64,000 nucleotides of DNA from the human T2T-CHM13v2.0 reference genome, Homo sapiens. Positions within the stretch are counted from its first letter, which is position 1. Every line of letters begins with the position of its first letter. The position numbers and the translations under genes were made by a program. The stretch lies in the NCBI RefSeq assembly GCF_009914755.1, contig NC_060936.1; one strand, given 5' to 3'. Under the pieces are notes generated by a model that did no database searches, was not told the origin of the DNA, and saw only the letters and a list, made by a program, of their open reading frames with translations. Shown in pieces: positions 48,283 to 64,000 of this stretch.

Positions 48283-48809
48283 GCTCATTTCTTTAACACA
48301 AATATTTTTACCTTTGATCATAGTCAGATTCTTACCATATCTTCTAATTGCTCATTTCCCTTCATTGTTAATTTATTCTGATAAATAGATTTAAAGTAAG
48401 TATACCTCTAATTTTAAGTAATGATATTTTGGTGCCACATGGAAGTATATCTGTGGATTCAATTTCTGGAGGTGCAGTTGCTAAGGCAAAAGGTTATTCA
48501 TCCAAACTTGGCTTCCAAAGCACCTTTTCCAATAGAATGAGTAGGGGAGGGCCCATTTTCTCACTCATTCACCAACAGTATGTTATAGAACTTGTTTTTT
48601 TGCTAATCTGATGTATGCAAAAAAATTTTTTTTAAATATTACCACATGGATTTGATTTCCATTCTTAATTTTGGTTGAAATATTTACTTTCTCAAGGTGA
48701 AAAGCCTTTTGTTTTTCTCCTTACATCCTTGGTCCCTCTTTCTCTTGAGTTGTTTTTTTTTTTTTTAAAAAAAAAAACAGAGCTATTTCTGTGGTTTTAT
48801 TATTGTTGT

Positions 48810-51490
<2,681 letters not shown>

Positions 51491-51773
51491 AACAAGAGTG
51501 AAAAATAGTTATTTCTACGTGTAGTGATTATCTGAGGAGGGTCCTATAGGAAGCTACATGGCTCTGAGGAAGATGTCGGGAGTTCTAGGGTCTGAGATAA
51601 GAAGGAAATGTACTTTGCATTGTGTGATCTTTGGAACTGGGTTTTTTTTAGTTTTTTGTTTTTACCTTTATGAAGAAGAAAACTAATTAAAATGCATTTA
51701 AAGATAATCCACTTAAAAGGTATAACCTTAATTTTTTTTAAAACTGACTTTTTTCCCTTCTTTGTCTATTCAG

Positions 51774-51885
51774 TGGCAGTTCTTGGATTGAATTTCTAAA
51801 TAATGAAGATGATCTTAAAGATATTTTTTTACAGCTAAAAGAAGGAAACCTTGTTTGTGCACAGTATCTTTGGCTTCGACATCGG
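51774..51885 (+). CDS. KNTC1: KNTC1 exon 21
   Basis: AG/GT bounded; GSSWIEFLNNEDDLKDIFLQLKEGNLVCAQYLWLRHR. Confidence 0.92.
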
Positions 51886-51934
51886 GTAACATGTTTTACA
51901 TTTTTTCCTTAACAGCTTTATAGCTCCTGAGTTA

Positions 51935-52408
<474 letters not shown>

Positions 52409-52475
52409 TCAGAAGAAGTACAGTGAATGTACAGTAGAACCTTATTTTATCCAGTCATTAAGAATCTAGCTTCTT

Positions 52476-52680
52476 GGGAGCTAAATGATGAGAACACGTG
52501 GATGCATGGAGGGAAACACACACCGGGGCCTTTCAGAAGGTGGAGGGTGAAAGTATCAGGAAAAATAACTAATGATTAATAGGCTTAATAGCTGGGTGAT
52601 GAAATAATCTGTACAACAAACCCCCTTGACAAAAGTTTACCTACACTTATACCACTGAACTTAAAAGTTAACCAAAAAAA
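52476..52680 (+). mobile_element. Truncated L1PA-type 3' end
   Basis: GGGAGCTAAATGATGAGAACAC...GAAATAATCTGTACAACAAACCCC...AACTTAAAAGTTAA. Confidence 0.7.
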
Positions 52681-53193
52681 GAGTCTAACTCCTAATCTTA
52701 GCTCTAAAGGCAACATGTTATCTGGTTTATTAGTGGGCTTTGTAATGTAGCATTGGTGAAGAAGATGTTGCTACTGCAGCTCAAATTGTGGTAAAAGATT
52801 GCCCCTTAAAATTGCTTGTCTCGATCCCTTTAAGGTTGGCCAAAGTTGGTATAGAACATTAGATCCATAAAGTCATAACTTGCCGTGATGCCCTTAATGG
52901 CTGCATTGCTTGTTTGAATTCCTAGTATCACCCCCAGTTAAGTTTTCCTTAGAATACTCTCTCTGCTGGTTCTTCTGCTACATGATAAACTATTTGGCAC
53001 TCAGCGCCGTGACATTGCATACAGTATGCAGCTCCCAACTAGAATCATTTGCATAGTGTGAATCTCCTTTAGCACTCATTATTAAATCAGTAGGCTACTC
53101 CTTAAAATGACTTCCTAAAATATCTTTGTCAAACATTTGGAAGCCTTTGGTTTAAATTTGTCAGATCTTAATTTCTCGCTCCTTATAATTTAG

Positions 53194-53337
53194 GCAAACT
53201 TTGAAAGCAGATTTGATGTGAAAATGCTGGAGAGCTTGCTCAACTCAATGTCTGCATCAGTCTCTTTGCAAAAGCTGTGTCCATGGTTTAAAAATGATGT
53301 GATTCCATTTGTAAGAAGGACTGTGCCTGAAGGACAG
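53194..53337 (+). CDS. KNTC1: KNTC1 exon 22
   Basis: AG/GT bounded; ANFESRFDVKMLESLLNSMSASVSLQKLCPWFKNDVIPFVRRTVPEGQ. Confidence 0.92.
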
Positions 53338-53494
53338 GTGAGTTGTCTTCAGTATTTCCACTCTTGATGACTTTATTTCATTTTTTACATTAGATCATTG
53401 AGAATTAAGTCACGTTAACACCAGTTAACACCAGTTAGTTAAGCTAACACCTGTGTTAATTAAAGTGTCTCTTAAAAGACAACTGTGATTCAGA

Positions 53495-54262
53495 AGGAGA
53501 TGTTATCATTTGCAACAATATAGATGGAACTGGAGATTATTATGTTAAGTGAAATAAGCCAGGCATGGAAAGACTAACATCACATGTTCTCACTTATTTG
53601 TGGGATCTAAAAATCAAAACAATTTAACTCACGGCCATAGAGAGTAGGAGGATGGTTACCAGAGGCTTGGAAGGGTTGTGGGGTGATGGGTGATGGGTGA
53701 GAGGTGGGGATGGTTAATGCATACAAAAAAATATATTTAGAAAGAATGAGCCTGGGTGCAGTGACTCACGCCTGTAATCCCATCACTTTGGGAGGCTGAG
53801 GTGGGTGAATCACCTGAGGTCAGAAGTTTGAGACCAGCCTGACCAACATGGTGAAACCCTGTGTCTACTAAAAATACAAAAATTAGCCGGGCATGGTGGC
53901 ATGCCTGTAATCACAGCCACTCGGGAGTCTGAGGCAGTAGAATTGCTTGACCCAGGAGGTTGCAGTGAACCGAGATCGTGCCATTGCATGAGATCCAGCA
54001 TGGGTGATGAGCGAAACCCTGTCTCAAAAAAAAAAAAAAGAAAGAATAAGACATACTATTTGATTATACAAGAGAGTCAATAATAACTTAATTCTATATT
54101 TAAAAATAACTAAAAGAGTGTAATTGGATTGTTTGTAACACAAAGGGGATGGATACCCCACTCTCCATGTTGTGATTATTTCACATTGCATGCCTGTATC
54201 AATGCATCTCATGTACTCCACAAGTATGTACACCTACTACGTGCCCACACACAAGCAAAAAA
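53495..54262 (+). mobile_element. L1MA-type 3' end with an internal Alu
   Basis: CATTTGCAACAATATAGATGGAACTGGAG...GAAAGAATAAGAC...TACACCTACTACGTGCCCAC. Confidence 0.75.
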
Positions 54263-54388
54263 GACAATCGTGGATAAGAGGTTTATGGACAAAATAAATA
54301 TTTAAAGGAAAAAAAAGAAATCGTGGAGGTTTTTAGTTATGTCAGTGATTATCCATTAAGAATTTCATTTTTAAATAATCTATTTCAG

Positions 54389-54445
54389 ATAATTCTTGCA
54401 AAATGGTTGGAACAAGCAGCCAGGAACCTTGAATTAACTGATAAG
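54389..54445 (+). CDS. KNTC1: KNTC1 exon 23
   Basis: AG/GT bounded; IILAKWLEQAARNLELTDK. Confidence 0.9.
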
Positions 54446-54537
54446 GTAATACTGATTTAATTAACAGTAAAAAGACATTTTGCACACTCCCAACAGCATA
54501 AAACATTGTTTTGAACTGTCTGTAATCTTTTTTAAAG

Positions 54538-54639
54538 GCAAATTGGCCAGAAAATGGACTTCAATTGGCAGAGATATTTTTTACAGCAGAAAAAACAGAC
54601 GAGTTGGGATTGGCATCTTCCTGGCATTGGATTTCCTTG
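54538..54639 (+). CDS. KNTC1: KNTC1 exon 24
   Basis: AG/GT bounded; ANWPENGLQLAEIFFTAEKTDELGLASSWHWISL. Confidence 0.9.
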
Positions 54640-55111
54640 GTATGATGTGAGAATGGATTTTTAGTAATGAAACAGTCAGTTTACCTGAAAGGGTTTGTCT
54701 GCATGTATGTGAAGTATCTGGAAATATATCTACTTCTTAAATTTTCTGTTTTTTTGTGCCTTTTTTTTGTTTTGTGCCTTTCAAATCCATATGTAGGAAA
54801 ATTTGCTTTTTCTTTCTTTCTGATTTGTGTTAAAACTTCAACCTATGTTTTTAATTTATTTATATATTTATTTATTTATTATTCATTTTTGAGACAAGGT
54901 CTCACTCTGTTGCCCCAGCTGGAATGCAGTGGTGCAACCATGGCTCACTGCACCCTCAACTTTTGGGCTCAAGTGATCCTCCCACCTCAGCCTCCTGAGT
55001 AGCTGGGACTACAGGTGCGCATCACCAGGCCCGACTGATTTTTGTATTTTTTGTAAAGAAGGGGTTTTGCCATGTTGCCCAGGTTGGTCTTGAACTCCCA
55101 GACCCAAGTGA

Positions 55112-55465
<354 letters not shown>

Positions 55466-55543
55466 TGAGCCACTGCTCCTGGCCCCCCTCCACCTGTTTT
55501 AATGAACAGTTTTTCTCTATTCAACCAACCAAAAGGGGAACTA

Positions 55544-55981
<438 letters not shown>

Positions 55982-56449
55982 TCAAGTCACCTTTTCTATA
56001 TAAGAGCTTTTTCCTCTTGCTGTAAAACATTATTTTTATCTTTTCCCTGTTAACTTTTATCAATATTGAAGGTTCTGTTCTTTTTATATAATTTTAGGAA
56101 ATGTTATGCCTTTATATCTGGTTATGATATATAATCTCTATAGATAGATGGGACACTGAGCACTACCTAAATGATGCTGTGTACTAAGTATACTTGGGTT
56201 CTGAAAAAGTATTATACTAATATTCTTAATTTTTCTATTTTTTTAAGAGAAAATATCTTTCAGATTCTGATCTATACTAATTTGGTTAAAATACTACAAA
56301 ATTTAGAGCATAAGTTGGTTTAAAGTTGCAGGTTTCCTCTTACGTGCATAACCAGGGTTAATTCTTATTTTATCTGAAATAATTCTGATTCTATTTTTCT
56401 CTCATACTTTTATTTTATATCGTTAACAACTTTAACACTTTTGTTTTAG

Positions 56450-56569
56450 AAAGATTATCAGAACACAGAGGAAGTATGTCAGCTAAGGACTTTGGTAAAT
56501 AACTTGCGAGAGTTGATCACGTTGCATAGGAAGTACAACTGCAAATTAGCCCTCTCTGATTTTGAGAAG
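56450..56569 (+). CDS. KNTC1: KNTC1 exon 25
   Basis: AG/GT bounded; KDYQNTEEVCQLRTLVNNLRELITLHRKYNCKLALSDFEK. Confidence 0.92.
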
Positions 56570-56654
56570 GTAAAGTCCAGGGTCATAAGAATTATTTTGT
56601 ATATCAAGTTATGGGTAGAGTCTGTATTTATTCCATCTTTCTTTTGGCATCCAG

Positions 56655-56798
56655 GAAAATACAACCACCATAGTGTTCCGAATGTTTGATAAAGTGCTGG
56701 CCCCAGAGCTTATTCCCTCCATCTTAGAGAAGTTTATAAGAGTTTACATGAGAGAACATGACTTGCAAGAGGAGGAACTTCTCTTGCTGTACATAGAG
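56655..56798 (+). CDS. KNTC1: KNTC1 exon 26
   Basis: AG/GT bounded; ENTTTIVFRMFDKVLAPELIPSILEKFIRVYMREHDLQEEELLLLYIE. Confidence 0.92.
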
Positions 56799-56985
56799 GT
56801 AACTTTTCCTTTACATCTAGTCTTATTTCTTGGATCTATGCAGTGTAGCACTGTAGTAAATATTTAACTCTTTAAGGAATGTCATATGCTTTCTCAGTAG
56901 GACTCATGCAGCATATTGAATTGGTTAAAAATGTGGGTTAATTCTGCTACTAACCATCTTGAGCAAAGGGGGGATACATGAGGAC

Positions 56986-57446
56986 TGTGAACCCGGAAAA
57001 TCTGAGACAGTTCTCAGTTAATTTAGGGAGTTTATTTTGCCAAAGTTGAGGATACACCCATGACACAGCCTCAGGAAGTCCTGACGACATGTACCCAAGG
57101 TGGTCCGGGCACAGCTTGGTTTTATATATTTTAGGGAGAGACACGAGGCATCAGTCAGCATATGTAAGAAGTACATTGGTTCGATCTGGAAAGGTGGGAC
57201 AACTTGAAGCAAAGGCAGGAAGACTCCAAGCGAGAGGGAGCTTCCAGGTCACAGATAGGTGATACAAAACATTAAAATTCTTTTGAGTTTCTGATTAGCC
57301 TTTCCAAAGGAGGCAATCAGATAATGCAGCTGTCTCAGTGAGCAGAGGGGTAACTTTGATAGAATGGGAGGCAAGTTTGCCCTAAGCAATTTCCAGCCTG
57401 AGTTTTCCTTAGTGATCTTGGGGGCCCAAGATATTTCCCTTTCACA
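56986..57446 (-). mobile_element. ERV1 solo LTR, MER4A-like
   Basis: TG...CA ends; minus strand begins TGTGAAAGGGAAATATCTTGGGCCCCC, like the MER4A consensus as I recall it; 4-bp flanks GGAC/GTAC. Confidence 0.8.
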
Positions 57447-57794
57447 GTACTTTCTTCAAAGGGCTATTGTGAGACCACAGGAGCATGAACTCAATAAATA
57501 TTAGCAGTTATTTCTTGTGGATGTTATTAATGTGCTACAGTAATCTTATTTGTAGATTCTTCAAGAATGTTTCATTCTTAAATTTTCTATACCATATAAA
57601 ACTAAAGGCTAATGTTTTGGCAGTTTTGTATTTTTAGACCATTGTTCAACATTTATGACTAATTAGAATTTTTAGGTTTTTTTTCTTTTAACACATCTAT
57701 CAAGGCCATATAATATCTGTATCTAGCTGTATGTGGCATTTTTTTAATGAGAATTTTTAATTTTTAAAAAACATACATGTTTATCCCTTTTTAG

Positions 57795-57893
57795 GATTTA
57801 CTGAATAGATGCAGCTCAAAGTCCACATCACTCTTTGAAACAGCATGGGAAGCAAAGGCCATGGCAGTAATAGCGTGTTTATCTGACACGGAC
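57795..57893 (+). CDS. KNTC1: KNTC1 exon 27
   Basis: AG/GT bounded; DLLNRCSSKSTSLFETAWEAKAMAVIACLSDTD. Confidence 0.92.
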
Positions 57894-58478
57894 GTAAGTA
57901 AATAGTGACCATTTGCGTTTCCCTTTTGAGCATTAAATCTTTTCTGAAAGCTTTTTTCTGTTCATAAAAGCGACATATATTTGTTTTTGTTTGAGATGGG
58001 TCTGGCTGTGTCGCCCAGGCTGGAATGCAGTGACATGATCATGGTTCACTGCAGCCTCAATCTCCCTGGCTCAAGCAATCCCCACCTCAGCCTCCTGAGT
58101 AGTTAGGACCATAGGCGTGTGCCACTACGCCCAGCTAATTTTTGTATTTTTTGTAGAGACAGGGTTTCCCAGGCTGGTCTTGAACACCTGGGCTCAAGTG
58201 ATCTGCCTGCTTCATTCTCCTAAAGTGTCTGTTTTCTTTAATTACAGAAAATAAAAAGTGAATGTTTACTCATTTCCACCCCCAGGGGAACCTCCATGGA
58301 CAGTTGTATGCATATCTTTGCAGGCTTTTCTGTGGTTATGCAAACATGGAGACTTTTCTTTTTCAGTTATTCGCTGCAATGTGAGACATTTGTTAATATA
58401 TTGTAATATGCCTTTATTTTAACTTCACACTGTTATTGCCACTATAAAATAGAAATAAAATAATGAAAACTGTTTTTA

Positions 58479-58772
<294 letters not shown>

Positions 58773-59055
58773 TCAAAAAAACAAAAAAAACCCAGGGATT
58801 GTAGAGACCGTAGAAAGCAATAACGCTGTATGTCTTAGCTTACAGCAGAAAAAATACTCTTCTGAATTTTTCTGAATAGTCAAATTGTTCTCTATATGTG
58901 AAAACTGAAGAAATAAATGGTTTTCCAGTGAGTGGATGAAATATTCTCAAACTACCATGTGGTTGATGTAAGACCTGCTGATTAGACTGTGCTGTTCACT
59001 TGCATGCATCGTAAACCTGAGGGCTGTTCCTTGTCCATGCGTGCATCTTTTGTAG

Positions 59056-59159
59056 CTCATATTTGATGCCGTGCTCAAGATCATGTATGCGGCAGTGGTT
59101 CCTTGGAGTGCAGCTGTGGAGCAACTGGTGAAACAGCACCTGGAAATGGACCATCCCAA
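59056..59159 (+). CDS. KNTC1: KNTC1 exon 28
   Basis: AG/GT bounded; LIFDAVLKIMYAAVVPWSAAVEQLVKQHLEMDHP(K). Confidence 0.92.
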
Positions 59160-59312
59160 GTAAGATGACTGTCTACGAAACAATGTTGTTATGCTCTGGA
59201 GAAACATTGTGTTTTGAGTTGACGTTCATTTATGTTTCTATATTGTTTGCTGTGTCCCATAGTACTTCATAAAAAAGACAATCCATGTTAATATGGGTAA
59301 ATTTGCTTTCAG

Positions 59313-59412
59313 AGTCAAGTTATTACAGGAAAGTTACAAACTAATGGAGATGAAAAAACTTTTACGAGGCTATGGAATAAGAGAGGTAAATCTCTTAAAC
59401 AAGGAAATAATG
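59313..59412 (+). CDS. KNTC1: KNTC1 exon 29
   Basis: AG/GT bounded; VKLLQESYKLMEMKKLLRGYGIREVNLLNKEIM. Confidence 0.92.
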
Positions 59413-59591
59413 GTAAGTACACTCTTCGAAGAGTCTTTTTTCTCTTTCATTTCTGGGGCAATATGGAAAGCTTAATGAGGAATTTATATTCTAGGAGGCT
59501 AATAGAGCTAGGTTTTTCCACTACATTTCTTTTGTTAGATATGATGTTAATAAGGTGTTCAGTTATTTATGAGAGTATTTATTCTTTTTGA

Positions 59592-59696
<105 letters not shown>

Positions 59697-60031
59697 TGAG
59701 TAGCTGGGATTACAGGCATGCACTACCACGCTTGGCTAATTTTTTTTTTTGTATTTTTAGTAGAGATGGGGTTTCTCCATGTTGGTCAGGCTGGTTGGTC
59801 TTGAGCTCCCGACCTCAGGTGATCTGCCTGCCTCGGCCTCCCATAGTGTTGGGATTACAGGCGTGAGCTACCGCTCCTGGGCTTTTTATGAGAGTATTAA
59901 AGACACCAAATAGGCCAGGTGCGGTGGCTCACACCCGTAATCCCAGCACTTTGGGAGGCCAAGGTGGGTGGATCATGAGGTCAAGAGATCAAGACCATTC
60001 TGGCCAACATGGTAAAACTCCGTCTCTGCTA

Positions 60032-60217
<186 letters not shown>

Positions 60218-60408
60218 TTAAGAAGCTGTAGAAGAAAGAAGACAGGACTGTGGAATGATCAGAATATAAATCATGTTTTAATCTTTCATACAATTTAGTT
60301 TTTTGCTGCATTATTTAAATTTTTTTGCCACTTTGCTCTTATAAGCAAGTGATTTCTTGGTTTTCTGTGAGTTCTATAACAAAGAAATGTTCATATTGTC
60401 TTTTGCAG

Positions 60409-60543
60409 AGAGTGGTTAGATACATTCTCAAACAAGATGTCCCATCTTCTTTAGAAGATGCTTTAAAGGTAGCCCAAGCGTTTATGTTATCTGATGATGA
60501 GATCTACAGTCTAAGAATTATTGACCTGATTGATAGAGAACAG
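60409..60543 (+). CDS. KNTC1: KNTC1 exon 30
   Basis: AG/GT bounded; RVVRYILKQDVPSSLEDALKVAQAFMLSDDEIYSLRIIDLIDREQ. Confidence 0.92.
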
Positions 60544-60897
60544 GTTTGTAAGTTTTATGTTGTCATTTCATATGGCTTCTTTGTTTCTGTGTTGTTGTTG
60601 TTGTTTTTTGAGACAGGGTCTCGCTCCATTGCCCAGGCTGGAGTGCAGTGGCTGTGTTTCACCATGTTGGTCACGCTGGTCTCAAACTCTCAACCTGAAG
60701 TAATCCACCTGCCTTAGCCTCCCAAAGTGCTGAGATTACTGGTGTGAGCTACCATGCTTGGCCTGTTGTGTTTTTAAATGTCATTATTTTTATATGATTC
60801 TATAATCATAGCAATGCCTAGGAATTAACTCTTCAGTATCTAGGATCGTATTTTAAATTTATTTTATTGTTTGCTGTCATCAAAAATGGATTTTCAG

Positions 60898-61033
60898 CAT
60901 CAGGATGGATAGCTGATGCATGCAGGGCTTAAAATGTGCATGACAGGTTGATGGGTACAGCAAACCACCATGGCACATGTAACAAGCCTGCACTTCCTGC
61001 ACATGTACCCTGAAACTTAAAGTAAAATAAAAT
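60898..61033 (+). mobile_element. 5'-truncated primate L1 (L1PA-type 3' end)
   Basis: GGTACAGCAAACCACCATGGCACATG...AACTTAAAGTAAAATAAA; TSD AAAAATGGATTTTC(A/G)G at 60882 and 61034. Confidence 0.85.
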
Positions 61034-61185
61034 AAAAATGGATTTTCGGATTATTAAAACATTGAACCATAATCTGTTTTTCCAAATGATGTATTTTCAT
61101 CTTTAAATAGAAAAGAAAGAGGTAAGGCCACACCGTCCTTTGCAAATACCAGCTGTTTTTTCTTCCTTTCAAACCCTGTTTATAG

Positions 61186-61305
61186 GGTGAAGACTGTCTC
61201 CTTCTGTTGAAGTCTTTGCCTCCTGCTGAAGCTGAGAAAACTGCAGAAAGAGTCATCATATGGGCACGACTGGCATTACAAGAAGAGCCAGATCATTCTA
61301 AAGAG
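61186..61305 (+). CDS. KNTC1: KNTC1 exon 31 (120 nt, symmetric phase 0)
   Basis: TTTATAG/GGT ... GAG/GTGACA; [40 protein letters not shown]. Confidence 0.92.
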
Positions 61306-62522
61306 GTGACATTTTCACTAAGTAAAATATAAGTAAATCCAATTTTTATGGCTATTAATCAATAGGATAGAAAAGATGGACTTACACATATGAAGATCTG
61401 CTCTTCTCACTGCTAGGGTGGCCTAGTGAAAAAATTCCTGGGTAAATTTACTACTGGGAGAAAAAAAACAATTGTGGCTGCCTTGGAGCGGCTGCTTGAG
61501 CCCACAGAGAATGACCTGGGAGCTGTGGGTTAGCAGGTGTCTTGGAGCAGCTGTTGTACACGAAAGGTTTCTATAAAGCGTTGCAATATAAACAATGTTT
61601 TGTGTTATATAGGACATAATTATTGTCAAATAGTAATGTCAGCTACAAAACCAATATAAATCTATATAATCTTATAACATTGAAACTTAGAAATGGTTTT
61701 AAGAGAGTTTACTTTTTTGCAGATGAGGAATACTTGGTTTTTCCAGAATAGCTGGATTCTTACTGATTTTTAATTTTTTCTCTTTTTTTAAATATTATAT
61801 ATAGGAGATGAGGTCTTGGTATGTTGCCCAGGCTGGTCTTGAACTCCTGAGTTTAAGTTCTCTTCTAGCCTTAGCCTCCCAAGTAGCTGGGATTACAGGC
61901 ATGCACCACCATGCTCAATAGTTGGGTTTTTTTTTTCTTTTCTTTTCTTTTTTGAGACAAGAGTCTTGCTCTGTTGCTCAGGCTGGAGCACAGTGGCGCG
62001 ATCTTAACTCACTGCAACCTCTGCCTCTCAGGTTGAAGCGATTCTCCTGCCTCAGCTGGGAGTAGCTGGGATTACAGGCGTCCGCCACCACACCTGGCTA
62101 ATTTATGTATTTTTACTAGAGACGGGTTTCACCATGTTGGCCAGGCTGGTCTCAAACTCCTGACGCCAACTGATCTGCCTGCCTCGGCCTTCCAAAGTGC
62201 TAGGATTACAGGTGTGAGCCACCACACTTGGCCAATAGTTGGATTTTTAAACCCCTAAGGATAGATACCTCCCAACTTCTCTCAGTCCATTTCAGTAATG
62301 TTTTTTGCTGTTGGAAAATGAAGTTATTGTTGTTTTTAACACCTAATATTTGCTATGCAATAGGCATTAGGTTAAATAGCTACTTCTTGTTCATAACAAA
62401 GGTGTAAAGTAGTTCCTATTGTTGTCTCCTTATATATTAAGTTCAAAAACCAAAATATGAAAGTAAATGACTTTTTTCCAAGGTTGTTAGAAAGGGGCAG
62501 AACCTCAGCTCAAACTGTCTAA

Positions 62523-62850
<328 letters not shown>

Positions 62851-63391
62851 CATAGTCTGTATTCTTAAGTACCAGTTTGAATTGCTCCCGTTATGAAAAT
62901 ATTTGAATTTTTTTATTGGCGAGGCACTTACTAAACATTTTACATACATCATGTCTTTTAATTAAAGCATCTCCTTTTTTTCCTTCTCTTAAAATTTTTT
63001 TAAATAATCACTGGAAGGTAGTGATTATTTATTAGACTTCTGTTCTCTAGGCCATTTTTTAGACTTCTATTCTTTTTAACTTTTCCAAATGTTTTTTCAA
63101 ATAGTAAATAACTCTAAAAGCGAATAAGGATCTATTAATCATAATGTAGTTGAAAGGTTATTTGGGAGAGTTGCATATTCTTTGATATTTCTAAATCATA
63201 TATCCAGGAGTTCATACTGGAGTTTTTCAGGTCTACCCTGTATAACGCTCATTAACCATCCATTTCTCAGCTGCCCAACTCCTCCACGATTGTTTTTTCT
63301 GCTTCTGTGGTTTTTGTGTATTTGTATATGTACTACTGAAGTGGTCAGAAAAGGAAGTAGATTTTATTTCGCTTTATTTATTTATTTTTAG

Positions 63392-63464
63392 GGCAAGGCC
63401 TGGAGAATGTCTGTAGCGAAGACATCCGTGGACATTCTTAAGATACTATGTGACATTCAGAAAG
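63392..63464 (+). CDS. KNTC1: KNTC1 exon 32; gene continues beyond the right edge
   Basis: AG/GT bounded; GKAWRMSVAKTSVDILKILCDIQK. Confidence 0.9.
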
Positions 63465-64000
63465 GTAGCTTTTACTTCTGTTTTCTCATCTCAGTTTTGT
63501 TCCAAAGCTCACCCTCTTCAGAAAGAGGCATCGAAGACAACTCTCACCGTACCCGCAGTTTTTCTGGTTCTGATTGTCTTTATTGATCTTACCCATTTTG
63601 CTTCATGAAAAGTCTTCCTTTATTCCTTTATCAGCAATTCAAGAACAGATGCATGCAAAATCAACCTATCATTTGTTTATATGCTCACTTACTATTTAGT
63701 GCTAGACTAGATTTCCTTAGCGTCTCGCACTCATTGCTCATTTTTCTCATTTATCAGTTGCTTATGATGGTGGGGAGAAGCCATTTGACTGGAAGTTAAA
63801 TAAAACAGTGAAGAAAGTAACTTTCCAGGGAAAAAAAAGAAGCTACAATTTACTTCAGAAAAATAACTTTTTTGTAACACATAAACTTCTGTTTTCTACC
63901 TCCTGAAAGAATAATTAGATTTTTTTCAAATTAGATCTTTTGTACTTAGTTACTGTATATTATCATTTGAGAAGAACTACTGAAGACTTGAGATGAGAGA

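Larger units (their letters stand above)
60764..61763 (+). repeat. Source arm of the inverted duplication
   Basis: Matches the reverse complement of 46782-47948 except for an L1 fragment at 60898-61033. Confidence 0.93.

Noticed and set aside
52700-53110. Non-repetitive, moderately GC-rich intronic stretch that might be a snoRNA or conserved element
   Set aside because: No convincing C/D or H/ACA architecture could be identified by eye

Overview
Primate (very probably human) genomic DNA, extremely Alu-rich, with two head-to-head genes sharing a CpG-island promoter at about 10.1-11.0 kb. Minus strand: the 5' part of RSRC2 (arginine/serine-rich coiled-coil 2), with 5 coding exons running off the left edge, plus several candidate premature-stop (poison) exons or splice sites. 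Plus strand: KNTC1 (kinetochore-associated 1, ROD of the RZZ complex), with a non-coding exon 1 and 31 coding exons that I spliced by hand into one open frame of 2914 nt running off the right edge. Exon numbers are my own count. Most ORFs in the supplied track are Alu artefacts. The most unusual structure is an approximately 0.87-kb inverted intragenic duplication. An antisense copy of KNTC1 exon 31 with both flanking intron ends (source about 60764-61763) sits about 14 kb upstream in intron 20 (about 46782-47948), inserted into and splitting an old AluJ. Each copy preserves the empty pre-insertion site of a retroelement that later landed in the other. The KNTC1 pre-mRNA could therefore fold a long non-Alu duplex that masks exon 31 and loops out exons 21-30. 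The structure is directly visible; any function is inference, and I cannot confirm it is undescribed. No rRNA, tRNA, CRISPR or prokaryote-type systems were seen.
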